A stretch of 63,081 nucleotides of DNA, filler included, from Octopus bimaculoides (GCF_001194135.2; 5 parts of 4 records of this genome joined end to end with filler, not necessarily neighbours in it); one strand, 5' to 3'. Counted from the whole stretch's first letter, positions 46,863 to 62,109 are shown. Notes: generated by a model from the letters alone, not told the origin. Numbers and translations are program-made.

Positions 46863-48399
46863 ATATTTATATATAAAATGTACATATATACACATATATA
46901 TAAATATTTAAGTATGTATGCATGTATCTACAAATAAATAAATATGCATACATACATACATGCATAACACTCCTTACTCTACATATACTTGCAAACAAAA
47001 CAAAGAAAATATATAAAATAAGTTCACCACATACTCCAATTTCCAGCGAATCGACATCACTAAAACATAAAACACAAGCCTACGAATACATACATTCCTG
47101 TATAAGCAAACTAATTCATCTTCCAACTAGAAATTGGAGGTCAGGTGGATATCCTTAGCATGCACAGACCTTACATTACTCTTAAGGACCATAAGACCAT
47201 TTTTTTTGCAAGCCCAAATATATGCTAATGAGCTTCTCTCCAAAAGTGGATGGAGAATAGTTTAACTATGCACTTTCAACACCATTAACATCAAAATGCG
47301 GCCGTTATTAAGTGATTTCATCCTATTTAAAACAAACCATGTTGTACATAATCCACCATCTACCCCTTTCTCACTAAATCACGTTCTTCGTTAAAGCTCT
47401 AGATTTCGAGAAGGATTTCAAAACAGTGAATTGAATACAAAGAAAATGAAAGCAAGGAATTTACTGTAATACATACGATACAATACATACTTATCTATTT
47501 TCTCCAAACTGGGAACGTACATTATTTATGTTCTAGAGATGGTTTTAGACTCTTAAAAATTTTTCAAGAGCAGAAAACCCCCTTTTCTAGGGTACGTACG
47601 ACTGCCTGCATGGTCCACATTGCTTCTGTTCAAACTGGAAAAAAAAAAACAGCTGCTGAAATGATATAAGTAGGTTGTATTAAATGAATGAACCGATGTA
47701 GACTTCAAACAGCATTGTCTACGTGATAGCAATAATAACCTGTTCCCGTAGTACCATAGGTCGTAATTTGTTGGAATAAAAACCGTTTGGAACGCACTAT
47801 GAAAAATATGCTAAAATATGTGAAACCCTGTGCAACCATTCAGCTATTTTCTTTTAGTTTCAGTATCAAAGTCTTCCTTCTAAGCATAGACGAATCCCAT
47901 TCAAATATTATTCAGCTGTTGATTACAAACCGAAATACCGCATGTACATTAACCTACTAACTTATGGTGTCTAAAACCCAACCACCCTGTCCTTAATGTG
48001 ACCTTGCGTATCTAGACGCTGCATGCAGAATTGTTTTCATTTGGTAGTTAAGTTCTCCTCACAATGGTCACACGCTGTTTACGCGAAGGAGTGCACGGTT
48101 GAGCCCTGTCTATTGATTCCAAAGCGAAATATCGCATGACAGTGTTGTTTTCAAGCGCTTCCTTGCCAATCCTCACCTTACCACGTCATTTCTTTCACAT
48201 AGATTTCTCTCATGTGGTGCAGTTGAACGCGCCCACAGGCTTAATTTATCACATAGATGTAGTTCCTACGTCTGCCGATTGTTCAGCGTGGTAGTAGCAG
48301 CACCGACATCCGCAAAGGAGAGTATGTCCACTTAGAGTTTTTGGTGCGTTCAAAGATCACATACCTCCCCACCCACTTTTCCACGACAAGGTTAGGGCC

Positions 48400-48681
<282 letters not shown>

Positions 48682-48864
48682 ACAATTAGAAAATGGAGGA
48701 TAATATGCTCACAAATTCTGGGTAAAACCTCCACTTTTACCCGCTCCCATTGATTGCACCTAGTATAGCACTAGTGTAGCAATAATTGGGTACCCTCCCA
48801 GCAGTATACTGGATAGATACTATCCCTTAGTGGGTTGAACCCCCCAACCCCTAACTCTCTCACG

Positions 48865-48896
<32 letters not shown>

Positions 48897-48951
48897 GCAC
48901 ACACATAGATACGTATGTATATAACGTATGTATAATACATACATATATATG

Positions 48952-48999
<48 letters not shown>

Positions 49000-49689
49000 T
49001 GCATGTATGAATATATATTGCTAAGTATATCGAGATACTTCACCAAAAATGCCCAGGAATATAATATATACATATCAATAGAGGAGAGCACGCATGCGTG
49101 CGCAATATAAACCGTCGTAAAATATATACACACACATATATCTATGTGTGTGTGTATGTGTGTTCGTATGTCTGTATTAGTTATTGATCTCTCCAATATT
49201 TCACGAGTATTATAGACGAATAAAAAAAATCGATAAATCTATAATTGATATGTAGGTGAAGGGTTCCACTTGACCACAACCTGAAAACCAGTTCGGACTG
49301 GTTAAACTGTCCCAAACAGGACCATGTGGTGTCAGTGTGTTGGTGAATGTGTGCATTTGTGTGTATATTTATATTTATATATGTAAGTATATGTGTTGCG
49401 TTGCGAGCGTTTACAGACAGGCACGTGTATATGAATGCATATTTATATACATAGATGTAATATATATTTGGTGACAGATGTGGCTGTGTTGTAGCAAGTT
49501 TGCTTCCCAACTACATGGTCCCTGGTTCAGTCCCATTGCGAAAATTTTAGAAAAAAAATAAATAAGTAAATGAGTGGAAACTTAACCGGTGAGTGTGTTA
49601 AATAATAAGGTACTAAAAGAGAATGACTCTCCCCAGACACAACACAATGTATATGTGTGTGTGTGTGTGTGTATGTATGTATAAAAATA

Positions 49690-49739
<50 letters not shown>

Positions 49740-50197
49740 CATACAGAGAGAGGGGAGACAGATGGACAGATAACCAGACAAATAAATAGGTAAATATATA
49801 TATACATACTTGAATGTATGTATGTATGTGTATGTATGTGTGTACGTACGTACGTAGATATGGATGTATGTACGTACAGATGTATGCATGTGTGTTTGTA
49901 TCGAATAATAATTATGCCTTCTCTGATCGATATAGTAAGTACTTACCTTGAATTCTGTTTGTCTTTCTCTTTCAAACAAGACTATTAGCGACAATTATAG
50001 ATATGTGTGTGTAGGGAACGTATGTGTGTGTGTGTGTGCGCGCGCGCGTCTTATTATGACCGCTCCTTACAGTTCTAGATGATCTTTTCTTTATAATCAT
50101 TTACAGCCACCATATTCTTTAAATATTGTTTTCTTCTTTAGTTTCTAACCACTCCTACTGTCTCATTCACTTTCTCTCCTACTTGCGATTCATGTCT

Positions 50198-50234
<37 letters not shown>

Positions 50235-50615
50235 AGGTGGGTCTTATTTTGTAAATGTCCTTTTATCTGTTGCCTCAAAGTGCATCTGACTGAATTCTTA
50301 CCCTCACCGACTTGGCCATTACCTCTCCCTCGTCCATTTCAAACTTTGACCACTTCTCCCAAACCTTGACCACTTCTCCCTAATATTTTACATCGCATAG
50401 CAACCATACAACTCAGGCGGCTTCCCATACTTTTCACACCATTTTAGAGTGATTATCTCACCCAATCTCTTCCCTGTTATTTTGTACCTAGACGATGAGA
50501 CTTCCAATTTCTCCACGCTTTCCCTCTCCCTCTCTCTTTCTCTTTCTCACTCACTCTCTCTCTTCCTCCTTCTCTCTCTTTTCTCTCACTTTCTCCCCCC
50601 CCTCTCTCTCATCTT

Positions 50616-50649
<34 letters not shown>

Positions 50650-50659
50650 TTTCTCTCAT

Positions 50660-50700
50660 TCTATCTGGAGAAGGATAATTGTCCGAAACGTTAGACTTTC
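50660..50700 (+). ncRNA. Degenerate hammerhead-like motif (Penelope-type terminus)
   Basis: TAT-CTGGAGA-A-GGATAATTGTCC-GAAAC-GTT-AGACTTTC: A6>G; same architecture and GACTTTC tail as 19421. Confidence 0.4.
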
Positions 50701-51429
50701 CTCTTTCATTCCCACGTAAAGTTTATTCCATTGTTTAAATTATGATTGTATGTGAGTATGTGTGAGTATGTGGCGGCGGTGGCGGCGGTAGTGGTGGTGG
50801 TGGTAGTGAGAGATATTCAGAGAGTGGTAGAAGAAGCAGACATTAGTTCATATTTGTTTAAATAATGTTAAGCATTAAATGTTTTTTTTTTATCAACTTC
50901 NNNNNNNNNNNNNNNNNNNNNNNNNNNNNNNNNNNNNNNNNNNNNNNNNNNNNNNNNNNNNNNNNNNNNNNNNNNNNNNNNNNNNNNNNNNNNNNNNNNN
51001 NNNNNNNNNNNNNNNNNNNNNNNNNNNNNNNNNNNNNNNNNNNNNNNNNNNNNNNNNNNNNNNNNNNNNNNNNNNNNNNNNNNNNNNNNNNNNNNNNNNN
51101 NNNNNNNNNNNNNNNNNNNNNNNNNNNNNNNNNNNNNNNNNNNNNNNNNNNNNNNNNNNNNNNNNNNNNNNNNNNNNNNNNNNNNNNNNNNNNNNNNNNN
51201 NNNNNNNNNNNNNNNNNNNNNNNNNNNNNNNNNNNNNNNNNNNNNNNNNNNNNNNNNNNNNNNNNNNNNNNNNNNNNNNNNNNNNNNNNNNNNNNNNNNN
51301 NNNNNNNNNNNNNNNNNNNNNNNNNNNNNNNNNNNNNNNNNNNNNNNNNNNNNNNNNNNNNNNNNNNNNNNNNNNNNNNNNNNNNNNNNNNNNNNNNNNN
51401 NNATATATATATATATATATATATATATA

Positions 51430-51660
51430 CGTATTTCTGAAGCAGCCAGCCGTTTGGGGTACCACTCGAGACGCTTTCATAGTCAGCCGCCACCACTGGT
51501 CTCTGTTCTCTTTCATATGTAACAGGTCCCAGTGGTCTCTTTCTCTCTCGCTCAACTCTACCCTGAAGAATAGTTTTGGATATGGAGTTGTGGCAGGATA
51601 CATGACCGTGAGCGTACAATGCAAGCTTCCTCTTTTTACCTTTTTATCTGCCATCGGATA
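51430..51660 (-). mobile_element. RTE-clade LINE 3' end fragment
   Basis: HGHVSCHNSISKTILQGRVERERKR and ENRDQWWRLTMKASRVVPQ in adjacent frames. Confidence 0.8.
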
Positions 51661-51894
51661 TGCTATTTCCATTGTATGTATGTATGTATGTATGTATGTA
51701 TGTATGTATGTAGGTAGGTAGGTAGGTAGGTAGGTAGGTAGGTAGGTAGGTAGGCAGGCAGGTGTGCACGTACATATGTCTCTGGCCAAGATATTCATTT
51801 TGTGCTCTGTGTACAGCCTTCTATGTTACAGGCTTATGAAGCACTTCTGCTCAAATGCCTGGATTCCTTGCTCTATGTCTCCCACCACCGATTG

Positions 51895-52035
51895 ACAACC
51901 AGTGTTAGCGGTTTGACAAAAAAAAAACAAAAAAAAAAACTATATAGTAAGTACCAAACTTAAAATAACTACCGGGATCGATTAATTCGACTAAAAATTC
52001 TTCAAGGTGGTGCCCCAGCATGGCTGGATTCTGCA
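51895..52035 (+). mobile_element. SINE family B, 3' fragment
   Basis: GACAACCAGTG..GCGGTTTG...AAGGTGGTGCCCCAGCATGGC. Confidence 0.65.
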
Positions 52036-52039
52036 TTGT

Positions 52040-52720
52040 TTGTAGACATTTGTCAAAGGGATCAAAGTTACTGTTGCGGATTGGATGTTCGAAAGACTTG
52101 CAGGTTCTGTGATGCAACGATGTGACCTTCGCCGTTCAACTGACGGTTCTGCGGGGCTTGTAGAGCTGAGCAAATACTATATGGAACTGGATATTTCGTG
52201 GGAAGAATTGGGAGTGGGGGAGAGATTTTCGTGGGAAGAAGTGGGAGTGGAGGAGTGATGTTGGCTGCATTCTTAGCCTGAATATTCCGCAACGTAGCTA
52301 TTGAGGAACCTTTGGATGGGAATTTGTATGTGGGACGTAGAAGGAAATGCTGAAGAGGATGGTTTTAGTCAGCCACCTAAATGTTTGTCTGTGATGGGGC
52401 AAAGGAGTCACACGTGAGGCAGGGGTCATTAACTGTTTGGGAGGCAGGGGTCATTTTGTAGTATGTCGAGCGGTCGCCATTAGGCATCGGTCAGGTGACT
52501 CATAGGTTCGTGGATCTGGCTTGGTAGAGTTTGAGTCTAAAGGTAAGAAAGAAAGTGGGGAGGCATATTTCAGCTTTCTGTGTGCCGCTCAGGGGTTTGT
52601 GAATGGAATACAACTAGTTGATGTTATAAGGGGGGAATTGCGGAAGTTTAAGTTTCTACATCTTTAACATCATTGTAGGATGAACATTAAATCTAAGAAT
52701 ATTGTGAGCGTTGAACTCAC
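52040..52720 (-). mobile_element. Highly decayed Penelope-like fragment (tentative)
   Basis: NLNFRNSP..SCIPF echoes the Penelope YL.F.SSHP...SIPFSQ region; C-rich strand; many stops. Confidence 0.3.
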
Positions 52721-53245
52721 CGATGACGGTGTAACTTGAGTGAATTTGGTTGCTATTTCTAGCAGGCCCGTGACCACTTAGAAGGAATAACGCTTTTGAA
52801 TTTTTTTTTTTGCAAAGTAATCTATAAACTAAATTATACTAAAAGAAAACAAACAAAAAAACAACAAAGAATTCCAGGGGAATAACTTCATTAGACTAAG
52901 GCAAACTCTGCTAAAGTTACCTCCCTTTACTTCACCAGCCATAATAATTTGAGTTATATAGTACAGAACATAACCTATGCAGAAACAATATTGCTGTATA
53001 ACCCCTTCGTATCTAGATGTTGGCTAGTTTTTTCTTTCCACTCAGCTTACAGTTATTGATTACTCTTTATGCGCCGCCTTTTGCAGGAATCCAGTATGTT
53101 CGTGCATGTATATTTGTGTGAATACACGTATGTTTCTGTGAGTGTATGTGCACGAATGCACACACACAGACACAGACACGCGCACACAACAGGCGAGGCT
53201 AATTCTACTTCTATTCAGATGCACCCGACCCATTCACTCCTATTG

Positions 53246-53277
<32 letters not shown>

Positions 53278-53377
53278 NNNNNNNNNNNNNNNNNNNNNNN
53301 NNNNNNNNNNNNNNNNNNNNNTTAATTAATTAANNNNNNNNNNNNNNNNNNNNNNNNNNNNNNNNNNNNNNNNNNNN
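53278..53377. other. Artificial scaffold linker
   Basis: 44N-TTAATTAATTAA-44N. Confidence 0.95.
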
Positions 53378-53426
<49 letters not shown>

Positions 53427-53822
53427 CATATACATACATATATACATACATATGTCTGTGTGCGTGAATGTATGTGCGTGTGTGTACTGAGCCAGTGAGT
53501 GTATGCATGGGCATAACATTGTCCTTATGTATCTTTTTAGTCAAATTTCTACCTGTGCATTCTGCTATATGTATGATCCTGTATATGTATGTGTGTATAT
53601 ATATATATANNNNNNNNNNNNNNNNNNNNNNNNNNNNNNNNNNNNNNNNNNNNNNNNNNNNNNNNNNNNNNNNNNNNNNNNNNNNNNNNNNNNNNNNNNN
53701 NNNNNNNNNNNNNNNNNNNNNNNNNNNNNNNNATATATACACACACACATATATATATATATACATATATATATACATATACGTATAAATATATATGTTC
53801 ATATACATATAAATATTCATTC

Positions 53823-53869
<47 letters not shown>

Positions 53870-53871
53870 AA

Positions 53872-53915
<44 letters not shown>

Positions 53916-54189
53916 GTATGGTTAGATACACTGAGAGATGGAAAGATTGATAGATATGTAGATAGATAGATATATAGATGGATAGATAGATAGACACAGG
54001 CACCTACACACATAAAGATGTATTATTTCTTTTATGTATCGCAGTTATGCGGCTGCAGTGATGCAAAAGGAATACATATCAAATGTTCCTTTGTCGTTCT
54101 GCGTGAATATGTGTTTCTATATACAAATATATAAGGTTGTCTTCATATTTGTGAATTATAACTGAAAATGCATTTAATCTTAAACGAAC

Positions 54190-54555
<366 letters not shown>

Positions 54556-55090
54556 GAAGAATAGAATGACATGTATAGGTTTGGCCAAAAGTCACCTGAC
54601 AGTAAATCAAAATCCATATAATAAAAAAAAAAATTATTCATTATTTTCTATAAGTCTTCGCTAATAAATAGGCAAATGTTGAGAAAAACAACATACAGAA
54701 ACAGTAATTTTTAACTCACAGCATTCAATTATTAAACATTTATAATTGGAATAAATAAATAAAATTGAATTTTAAGTATTTATGGAAATTTTTATTTACT
54801 GTCGGGTGACTTTTGGCCTAGCATGTAGTTGGCTAAATAGCTCTATAGATTGTTGGATAGTTAAATAGACACATGGATTAAGAGATAGATAAACAGTTAT
54901 ATAGTTAGATGGGAATATAGGGAGATTGATTGAGAGAAATCTAGCTCGCTAGCTAGGTAGAAGGAGAGAGAGAAAGAGAGGGTGAAGAGAGAGGGTAGAA
55001 AAAGAGGGGTAGAGAGAGAGGGGAGAGAGACCGGTGGTTAGTTAGATATATTTTGTACAGATGAAAAATACGTATGTAAGTGTGTATATG

Positions 55091-55159
<69 letters not shown>

Positions 55160-55551
55160 ATGTGTGTGTGTATGTGTGTTTGTGCGTGTGGTGAAAGAGA
55201 GAGAGAGAGAGAGGGAGAAACAGATGGATGCATTGATGTTCATATGTTGTATGTGTGTGTTAGCGTATATAAGTATGTGCATGTTTATAAGTATGTAACA
55301 TTGCCTACATAGTTCTGTACCTCCCCTGTTTTTCATTTGATCCGTACTCCTAAATACTCAGACGGACATCATTATCCTACCTGTCTTATCATATATGTAC
55401 GCATCTATATATGCTTGTATGTGTGTGTGTGCGTGTACGTGTTTTATGGTTATGTGCGTGTGCCTGTGTCTGTGTTTGTGTGTGTGGTGCTTGTATGCAC
55501 GTGAATATATAAGCACGTTTAAAATCATGATATATAAATATATATATATAC

Positions 55552-55590
<39 letters not shown>

Positions 55591-55632
55591 GATAGATAGA
55601 TAGATAGATATAGATATAGATATATATATACG

Positions 55633-55669
<37 letters not shown>

Positions 55670-55673
55670 CGTG

Positions 55674-55727
<54 letters not shown>

Positions 55728-57222
55728 NNNNNNNNNNNNNNNNNNNNNNNNNNNNNNNNNNNNNNNNNNNNNNNNNNNNNNNNNNNNNNNNNNNNNNNNN
55801 NNNNNNNNNNNNNNNNNNNNNNNNNNNNNNNNNNNNNNNNNNNNNNNNNNNNNNNNNNNNNNNNNNNNNNNNNNNNNNNNNNNNNNNNNNNNNNNNNNNN
55901 NNNNNNNNNNNNNNNNNNNNNNNNNNNNNNNNNNNNNNNNNNNNNNNNNNNNNNNNNNNNNNNNNNNNNNNNNNNNNNNNNNNNNNNNNNNNNNNNNNNN
56001 NNNNNNNNNNNNNNNNNNNNNNNNNNNNNNNNNNNNNNNNNNNNNNNNNNNNNNNNNNNNNNNNNNNNNNNNNNNNNNNNNNNNNNNNNNNNNNNNNNNN
56101 NNNNNNNNNNNNNNNNNNNNNNNNNNNNNNNNNNNNNNNNNNNNNNNNNNNNNNNNNNNNNNNNNNNNNNNNNNNNNNNNNTGTGTATGAGCATACATGT
56201 ATTCGCGTGTGCGTGTGTGTGTGCGTGTGTGTGTGCGTGTGTGTGCGTGTGCGTGCGTGTGTGTGTGTGTGTTTGCACGCCGTTCCGTGTGTTTGTACAT
56301 TCGACTACATATTGTTCTGATATTTGATGTTAACAAATATAAAAAAAAAAAAAAATGGCTACCAAGAAATAAACATACGCAAGCAAACGCGTGGCAACTG
56401 ATGCTGAGATTGGCAACGAATATTGTGTCCGTATGTGTATCTGCTTACATGTAAGTGTATATAGTAGTTGTACGTGTGCGTGTATGAGATACAGCTTGCG
56501 TATGCATATATGCGCATATGCGTGTTTTGCACAGAAACATCTGTGTGTGTGAGTGTGTGTATTAGATACGTATTATATGTCTACGCATGTGGGATGTTGA
56601 GTAGAAGAGAGCGTGAGTCCGCGTATGTCAAAAGTGATACAGAAGAAACACGTCAATATGAAATGGTTAGCATGAGAAGGTCGAAGAGGAACACCAATTC
56701 TGAAAATGTGTTGACGATGGGCAAACAAGTACTGCTGATTTTTAAACGCCATTGATTACCAATTGCGATTATAGCATGCAAAAACCCGCCTCGTCAATGT
56801 TTGTTTACTACACACCCAACGCCTCTCAGCCTCGTCCACCCACCCTGATTCTTGGAATCTTCACCCCGCTCTCTCTCTCTCTCTCTCTTTCTCTTTCTCT
56901 TTCGCTGTTTCTCACGCACAATCACAGCCACATCCACCGCACACATACACACTACACACAGCACACACTACACACAGCACACAGACATGCGAATACACGG
57001 ATTTACCAGGCATACATGCGCACACTTACATTTTCACACATATACACATACACACAGATTTCCCTAAACACACACATACACATAACACACATACAAATAC
57101 ACACATACAAACACACAGACTCACCAGGCATACATGCGCACACATATACACACACACAGACTTCCCCAAGCACACACACACCCCTTCACAGACACAGACA
57201 CACACACATCTGCACCCACCCT

Positions 57223-57304
<82 letters not shown>

Positions 57305-57693
57305 TGTTTCTGTTCTCGTTTATTGACCGAACATAAGAGACCGCTCTGATGATGTTCAATGCAGTATCTAATAGCTGACTAAACAGTTTGCGCAAAACAG
57401 TCGTTTTACCGCCATTTCTATTATTCAAACGGCCATTTTGTCCCGTGATTTTTTTCTTTAGTTTCATTACTTCTGCATATTTATTTATTCGCTTTATATT
57501 TTTTTCATTTTATACACTGCTTCGTATTTTGTATGCATTTTTTTTTCTTGTTTCCTAAAAGTATATTTGGTTCAATGCAATGAACGCTCTGCTATATTCA
57601 AGAGATATTTACTCTCTTTAGTTTTCCCTCCGTTCCAGATCGCTTATCTTTCTCATTCAATTTACCATACACTTTCTCTCACTCTGACGCTGC

Positions 57694-57745
<52 letters not shown>

Positions 57746-57761
57746 AACCATCTATCCATCC

Positions 57762-57825
<64 letters not shown>

Positions 57826-58447
57826 GTCCGTCTCTCTTTCTGCGTCTGTCTCTGTCTGTTTGTCTACCTATTTATCTATCACTCTATTTATCTCTTTATC
57901 TTTCTATACGTATGTATCTATCCCTCAACTCATCTATTTATCTATTTCCACAAACATAAACACGTTCTCACAGATATACAAAACCAACACAAGCACATAT
58001 CAACACATGCTATCTTTTTTCTTCAGATTTGTCTTTCGTTTAGTTCCTATTATTTCTCAGTATTCCAAACCAATGTTTCCGCAAAGTCTCCCTTCATTTT
58101 TTTTAAAAACATTTTCTCATTTTCTTTCTTTCTTTCTTTTTTCTTTCATTCAGTCACAATGAATTGATCAATACTTCCCCACTATATAATTCAGTCTTAC
58201 TCAGTTGTTCATTCTCCCTCTCACTTTCTCATTCCCTCTTTCACAGTCCCTTTCTCTCCTTCTTTCTCTCCCTCTCTCTCTATATATATATATGTATATT
58301 ATATATAAACATACATACACACATATATATATAGTGAGAGAGATAGAGTAAGAGAGAAGGAGAAAGTCAAATAGATAGATAGAGAGAGAGAGTGGGAGAG
58401 AGAGGGAGAAAGACAGACAGACACTGAGACAGATAGATCGATAAATA

Positions 58448-58481
<34 letters not shown>

Positions 58482-58548
58482 GAAAGAGAGAGAAACACAG
58501 ACAGACAGACAGACAGACAGGTAGATAGATAGACAGATAGATATATTG

Positions 58549-58579
<31 letters not shown>

Positions 58580-58899
58580 GATAGATAAATACACCGACAG
58601 GGTGAAAGAGAGAAATATTCTCTTCCTACTTACATGTATCACTTAAAGCGTTTTATTCCATCTCTGTAATCAATGTTATTGAATATTCTCAAAAGAAAGC
58701 CAGAAATATGGAACACGCGCGCGTGCACAAGCACACATACGCATACACATACCTTCTCACTAAACCATTCCTGTATATAATTTGAATGACAAATCTATCA
58801 CTAAATTGCCAAAAATAGTCTGTACAGACATTTCTTCCTATTGCAGCAAAAAATTTATACTCCACATTTAAATTTAAATAGACGATTGTCTGCAATTTA

Positions 58900-59099
58900 C
58901 TCTTTTACATGTTCCACGCATTTGACTGCGGCCATGTTGGAGCACCGCGTTCAGTCGAAGAAATCGACTTCAGGATGTATTCTTCGTAAACCTAGTACTT
59001 ATTCTATCGGTCCATTTTGCAGAACCGCTAGTTTTGGGGGACATAAACACACCAACATCGGTTTCAAGCGATGGTGGGGGACAAACACAGACACAAAGG

Positions 59100-59115
<16 letters not shown>
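58900..59115 (-). mobile_element. SINE family B, 3' half
   Basis: CATTTGACTGCGGCCATGTTGGAGCACCGC...GACATAAACACACCAACATCGG. Confidence 0.8.
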
Positions 59116-59131
<16 letters not shown>

Positions 59132-59179
59132 AAAAAAACCTATAGCTTCTGAGTTTATAAATATTCTGATATACACAGT

Positions 59180-59412
59180 CTTATTTCTTTACTGCCCACA
59201 GGGGGCTACACACAGAGGGGACAAACAAGGACAGACAAACGGATTAAGTCGATTATATCGACTCCAGTGCGTAACTGGTACTTATTTAATCGACCCCGAA
59301 AAGATGAAAGGCAAAGTCGACCTCGGCGGAATTTGAACTCAGAACGTAACGTAACGCTGGGCGAAATACTTCTCAGCGTTTCGCCCAGCGTGCTAACGTT
59401 CCTGCTAGCTTA
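59180..59412 (-). mobile_element. Young SINE family A
   Basis: Near-identical to 28190-28421. Confidence 0.9.
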
Positions 59413-59802
59413 CAGTCTTAGTAAAAATAGTCAGGAATGAATTCTAAAATAACAACTAAAACTGCTAGTTTCATACAACACTGATCGCTAAATGTTGTAT
59501 ATATTTGCATATATGTCCATGTATAACTGAGTTATTGAACTGTTTATCACCCCCCCCCCCCCCCCCACAAAAAAATATATATATATAACCAAACACATTT
59601 TGTTATGAAAAGAGCTTAGATTTAAGTTTTGCTATTTAATGTGATTGTGTGTCGTAAAGAAAGACCGGTTTGTTAACTTGTATTGTTCGTATCATTGCCT
59701 GCAATGACATTAAACATGGCAGAAGGGAGCTTCCTGCGAAATCTCGACTTTGTTTGCTTGGAAGAAAGTGTTTCTTGTTGGGTGCGCAATGTTTACCTAC
59801 AT

Positions 59803-59803
<1 letters not shown>

Positions 59804-59858
<55 letters not shown>

Positions 59859-59871
59859 GGTAATAATAATG

Positions 59872-59903
<32 letters not shown>

Positions 59904-59925
59904 GGTAATAATAATGATGATGATG

Positions 59926-60021
<96 letters not shown>
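59804..60021. repeat. (TAA)n microsatellite with a few GAT/CGG interruptions
   Basis: Direct reading. Confidence 0.95.
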
Positions 60022-60118
60022 GACTCCTTAGAGGAGCAAAAGTGGGAGGGGGTCAGGGTAGAAGATATAAGATCTGCTCTCAGGAGGTCAAGCAAATGGA
60101 AGTCTCCAGGAAAGGATA
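60021..60118 (+). mobile_element. R4/Dong-like non-LTR retrotransposon RT fragment
   Basis: DSLEEQKWEGVRVEDIRSALRRSSKWKSPGKD (W..PG.D RT domain start); begins at the end of the (TAA)n tract. Confidence 0.7.
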
Positions 60119-60218
60119 NNNNNNNNNNNNNNNNNNNNNNNNNNNNNNNNNNNNNNNNNNNNTTAATTAATTAANNNNNNNNNNNNNNNNNNNNNNNNNN
60201 NNNNNNNNNNNNNNNNNN
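60119..60218. other. Artificial scaffold linker
   Basis: 44N-TTAATTAATTAA-44N. Confidence 0.95.
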
Positions 60219-60312
60219 GTATTGCTCTCACCCTGCGATAACATTCTCTTCTGATCCTTTCCCTCATCACTGAGTGCTTGATATTGTCCCCTTCAATTAC
60301 CCCTAGGTATTT

Positions 60313-60315
<3 letters not shown>
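60219..60315 (-). mobile_element. R4/Dong-like RT C-terminal fragment
   Basis: YKYLGVIEGDNIKHSVMRERIRRECYRRVRAI; begins at the end of a (TAA)n tract on the minus strand. Confidence 0.75.
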
Positions 60316-60371
<56 letters not shown>

Positions 60372-60396
60372 ATAATAATAATAATAATAATAATAA
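60314..60396. repeat. (ATT)n/(AAT)n inverted microsatellite
   Basis: Direct reading. Confidence 0.95.
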
Positions 60397-60615
60397 TCCT
60401 TTCTACTATAGGCAAAAAGCCTGGATTTTGTGGGGAGGGGCACAGCCAATCACATCAACCTCACTACTCAACTGGTACTTATTTTATCGACCCCCCGAAA
60501 GAATGAAAGGCAAAGTTGACCTCAACGGAATTTTGAAACTCAAAACATAGCGGCAGATGAAATACTGCAAAGCATTTTGCTTAGCGTGCTAACAATTCTG
60601 CCAGCTCCCCACCTT
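60397..60615 (-). mobile_element. SINE family A
   Basis: CTGGTACTTATTTTATCGACCCCCCGAAAG...TTCTGCCAGCTCCCCACC. Confidence 0.85.
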
Positions 60616-61110
60616 AGAGAACAAAATCTAATAATGACGGCTGGTAGTAATGATGATGATCAGGGAAGTGGAGTGGAGAATACTTTGTTATTTTAAACAC
60701 TAATAAAATATGGATTGTAGACAGAATTTATATATAGCATCTTATATAATTCCTTGACTGATTTGCACTTATCTGATTGCTCAGAAGCAAACACCAAGAA
60801 GAGAGGGAAAGAAAAGTATACTTCATATATGTAAGTGTGTATGTATTTGTGTATGTACATTTGCGTGTGTGTGTGTGTGTGTGTGTGGTGTGCATGTGTG
60901 TGCATGTGTGTGTGGTCTTAGAATGATGCCATAATGCCATAATAGTTGGCATCAATACAAATACACGATGCAACAGATTCTAACAGGAATCTTTTGACTG
61001 GATTAATAATCTTTGGGTAATAAAGGGGAGTGTAACAAAAAAAAAATTATCCCCTCCTCCTTTCTCTCTTTCTCTTTCTCTCTCTGTCTCTGTGTCTTTC
61101 TATCTGTATG

Positions 61111-61142
<32 letters not shown>

Positions 61143-61929
61143 TCTGTCTCTCTGTCTCTCTGTCTCACCCTTCTCTCTTGTTTAACCCAGTCTTGGAGAT
61201 TACATGCTGCAATAAAATAAAAGACTTATAAACCCTGTTTTCTCTCCTTTTTGAGACTTACCATTCTTATTATATCTTCTCATTCATTATCACACCTCCA
61301 TTCGTCACCACCACCACTTCCACCACCACCATCACCAATCACCACCACCATCACTTCCACCACAGCTGTCACTGCCACCACCACCACCACCATCACATAC
61401 ACAGTCAGAGTCACCTCATCTCTCATTCTTAATAAAATATTCTGAACGCTTCCTTTCCCTTACACTACATTAATATATGTAGATGAATGCAAAGAAATCT
61501 TTTATTATCATTATTATTGTTGTTATTATTATTATTATTGTTGTTATTATTATTATTATTACTTTACTTTTGTAGCACAATCTCCTTTCTAATATAGTTA
61601 CTTGGTCAACCTTTTACTTTCACACTCACGTTCATACTTCTCTTCCTCCACTCTCTCTCTCTTTTTCTCTCTCTCTCTCTCTTTCACTTTCTCCCAGTGT
61701 GTGTGTGTGTGTGTCTCTCTCTCTTTCTCTCTCTCACACACACACCAATATATGTAGATTAATGCAATTACAAATAGCTTCCAAGAAACCAAACACATAC
61801 ATGTATACATACATACATATGTATTATGAACACATTATAATGCAGAAACACACACCTTACAAATGCATAAATACACATCATATATATGTGTGTGTGTGTA
61901 TGTATATACACACACACACGCATACATAT

Positions 61930-62070
61930 AGGCACAGTAGTGGATGTGTGATAAGTAGCTTGGTTACCAACCACATGGTTCCAGGTTCAGTCCCAATGTG
62001 CGGCACCAAGTGTCTTCTATCAAAGCCTTGTGAGTGGATTTGGTGGACGGAAACTGAAAAGAAGCCCATC

Positions 62071-62109
<39 letters not shown>

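Noticed and set aside
56468-56755. 95-aa ORF with a non-repetitive C-terminal half
   Set aside because: No recognisable domain or splice signals; it starts in microsatellite.
60021-60315. A single 5'-inverted R4 element spanning the gap
   Set aside because: The two fragments sit on different segments joined by an artificial linker.
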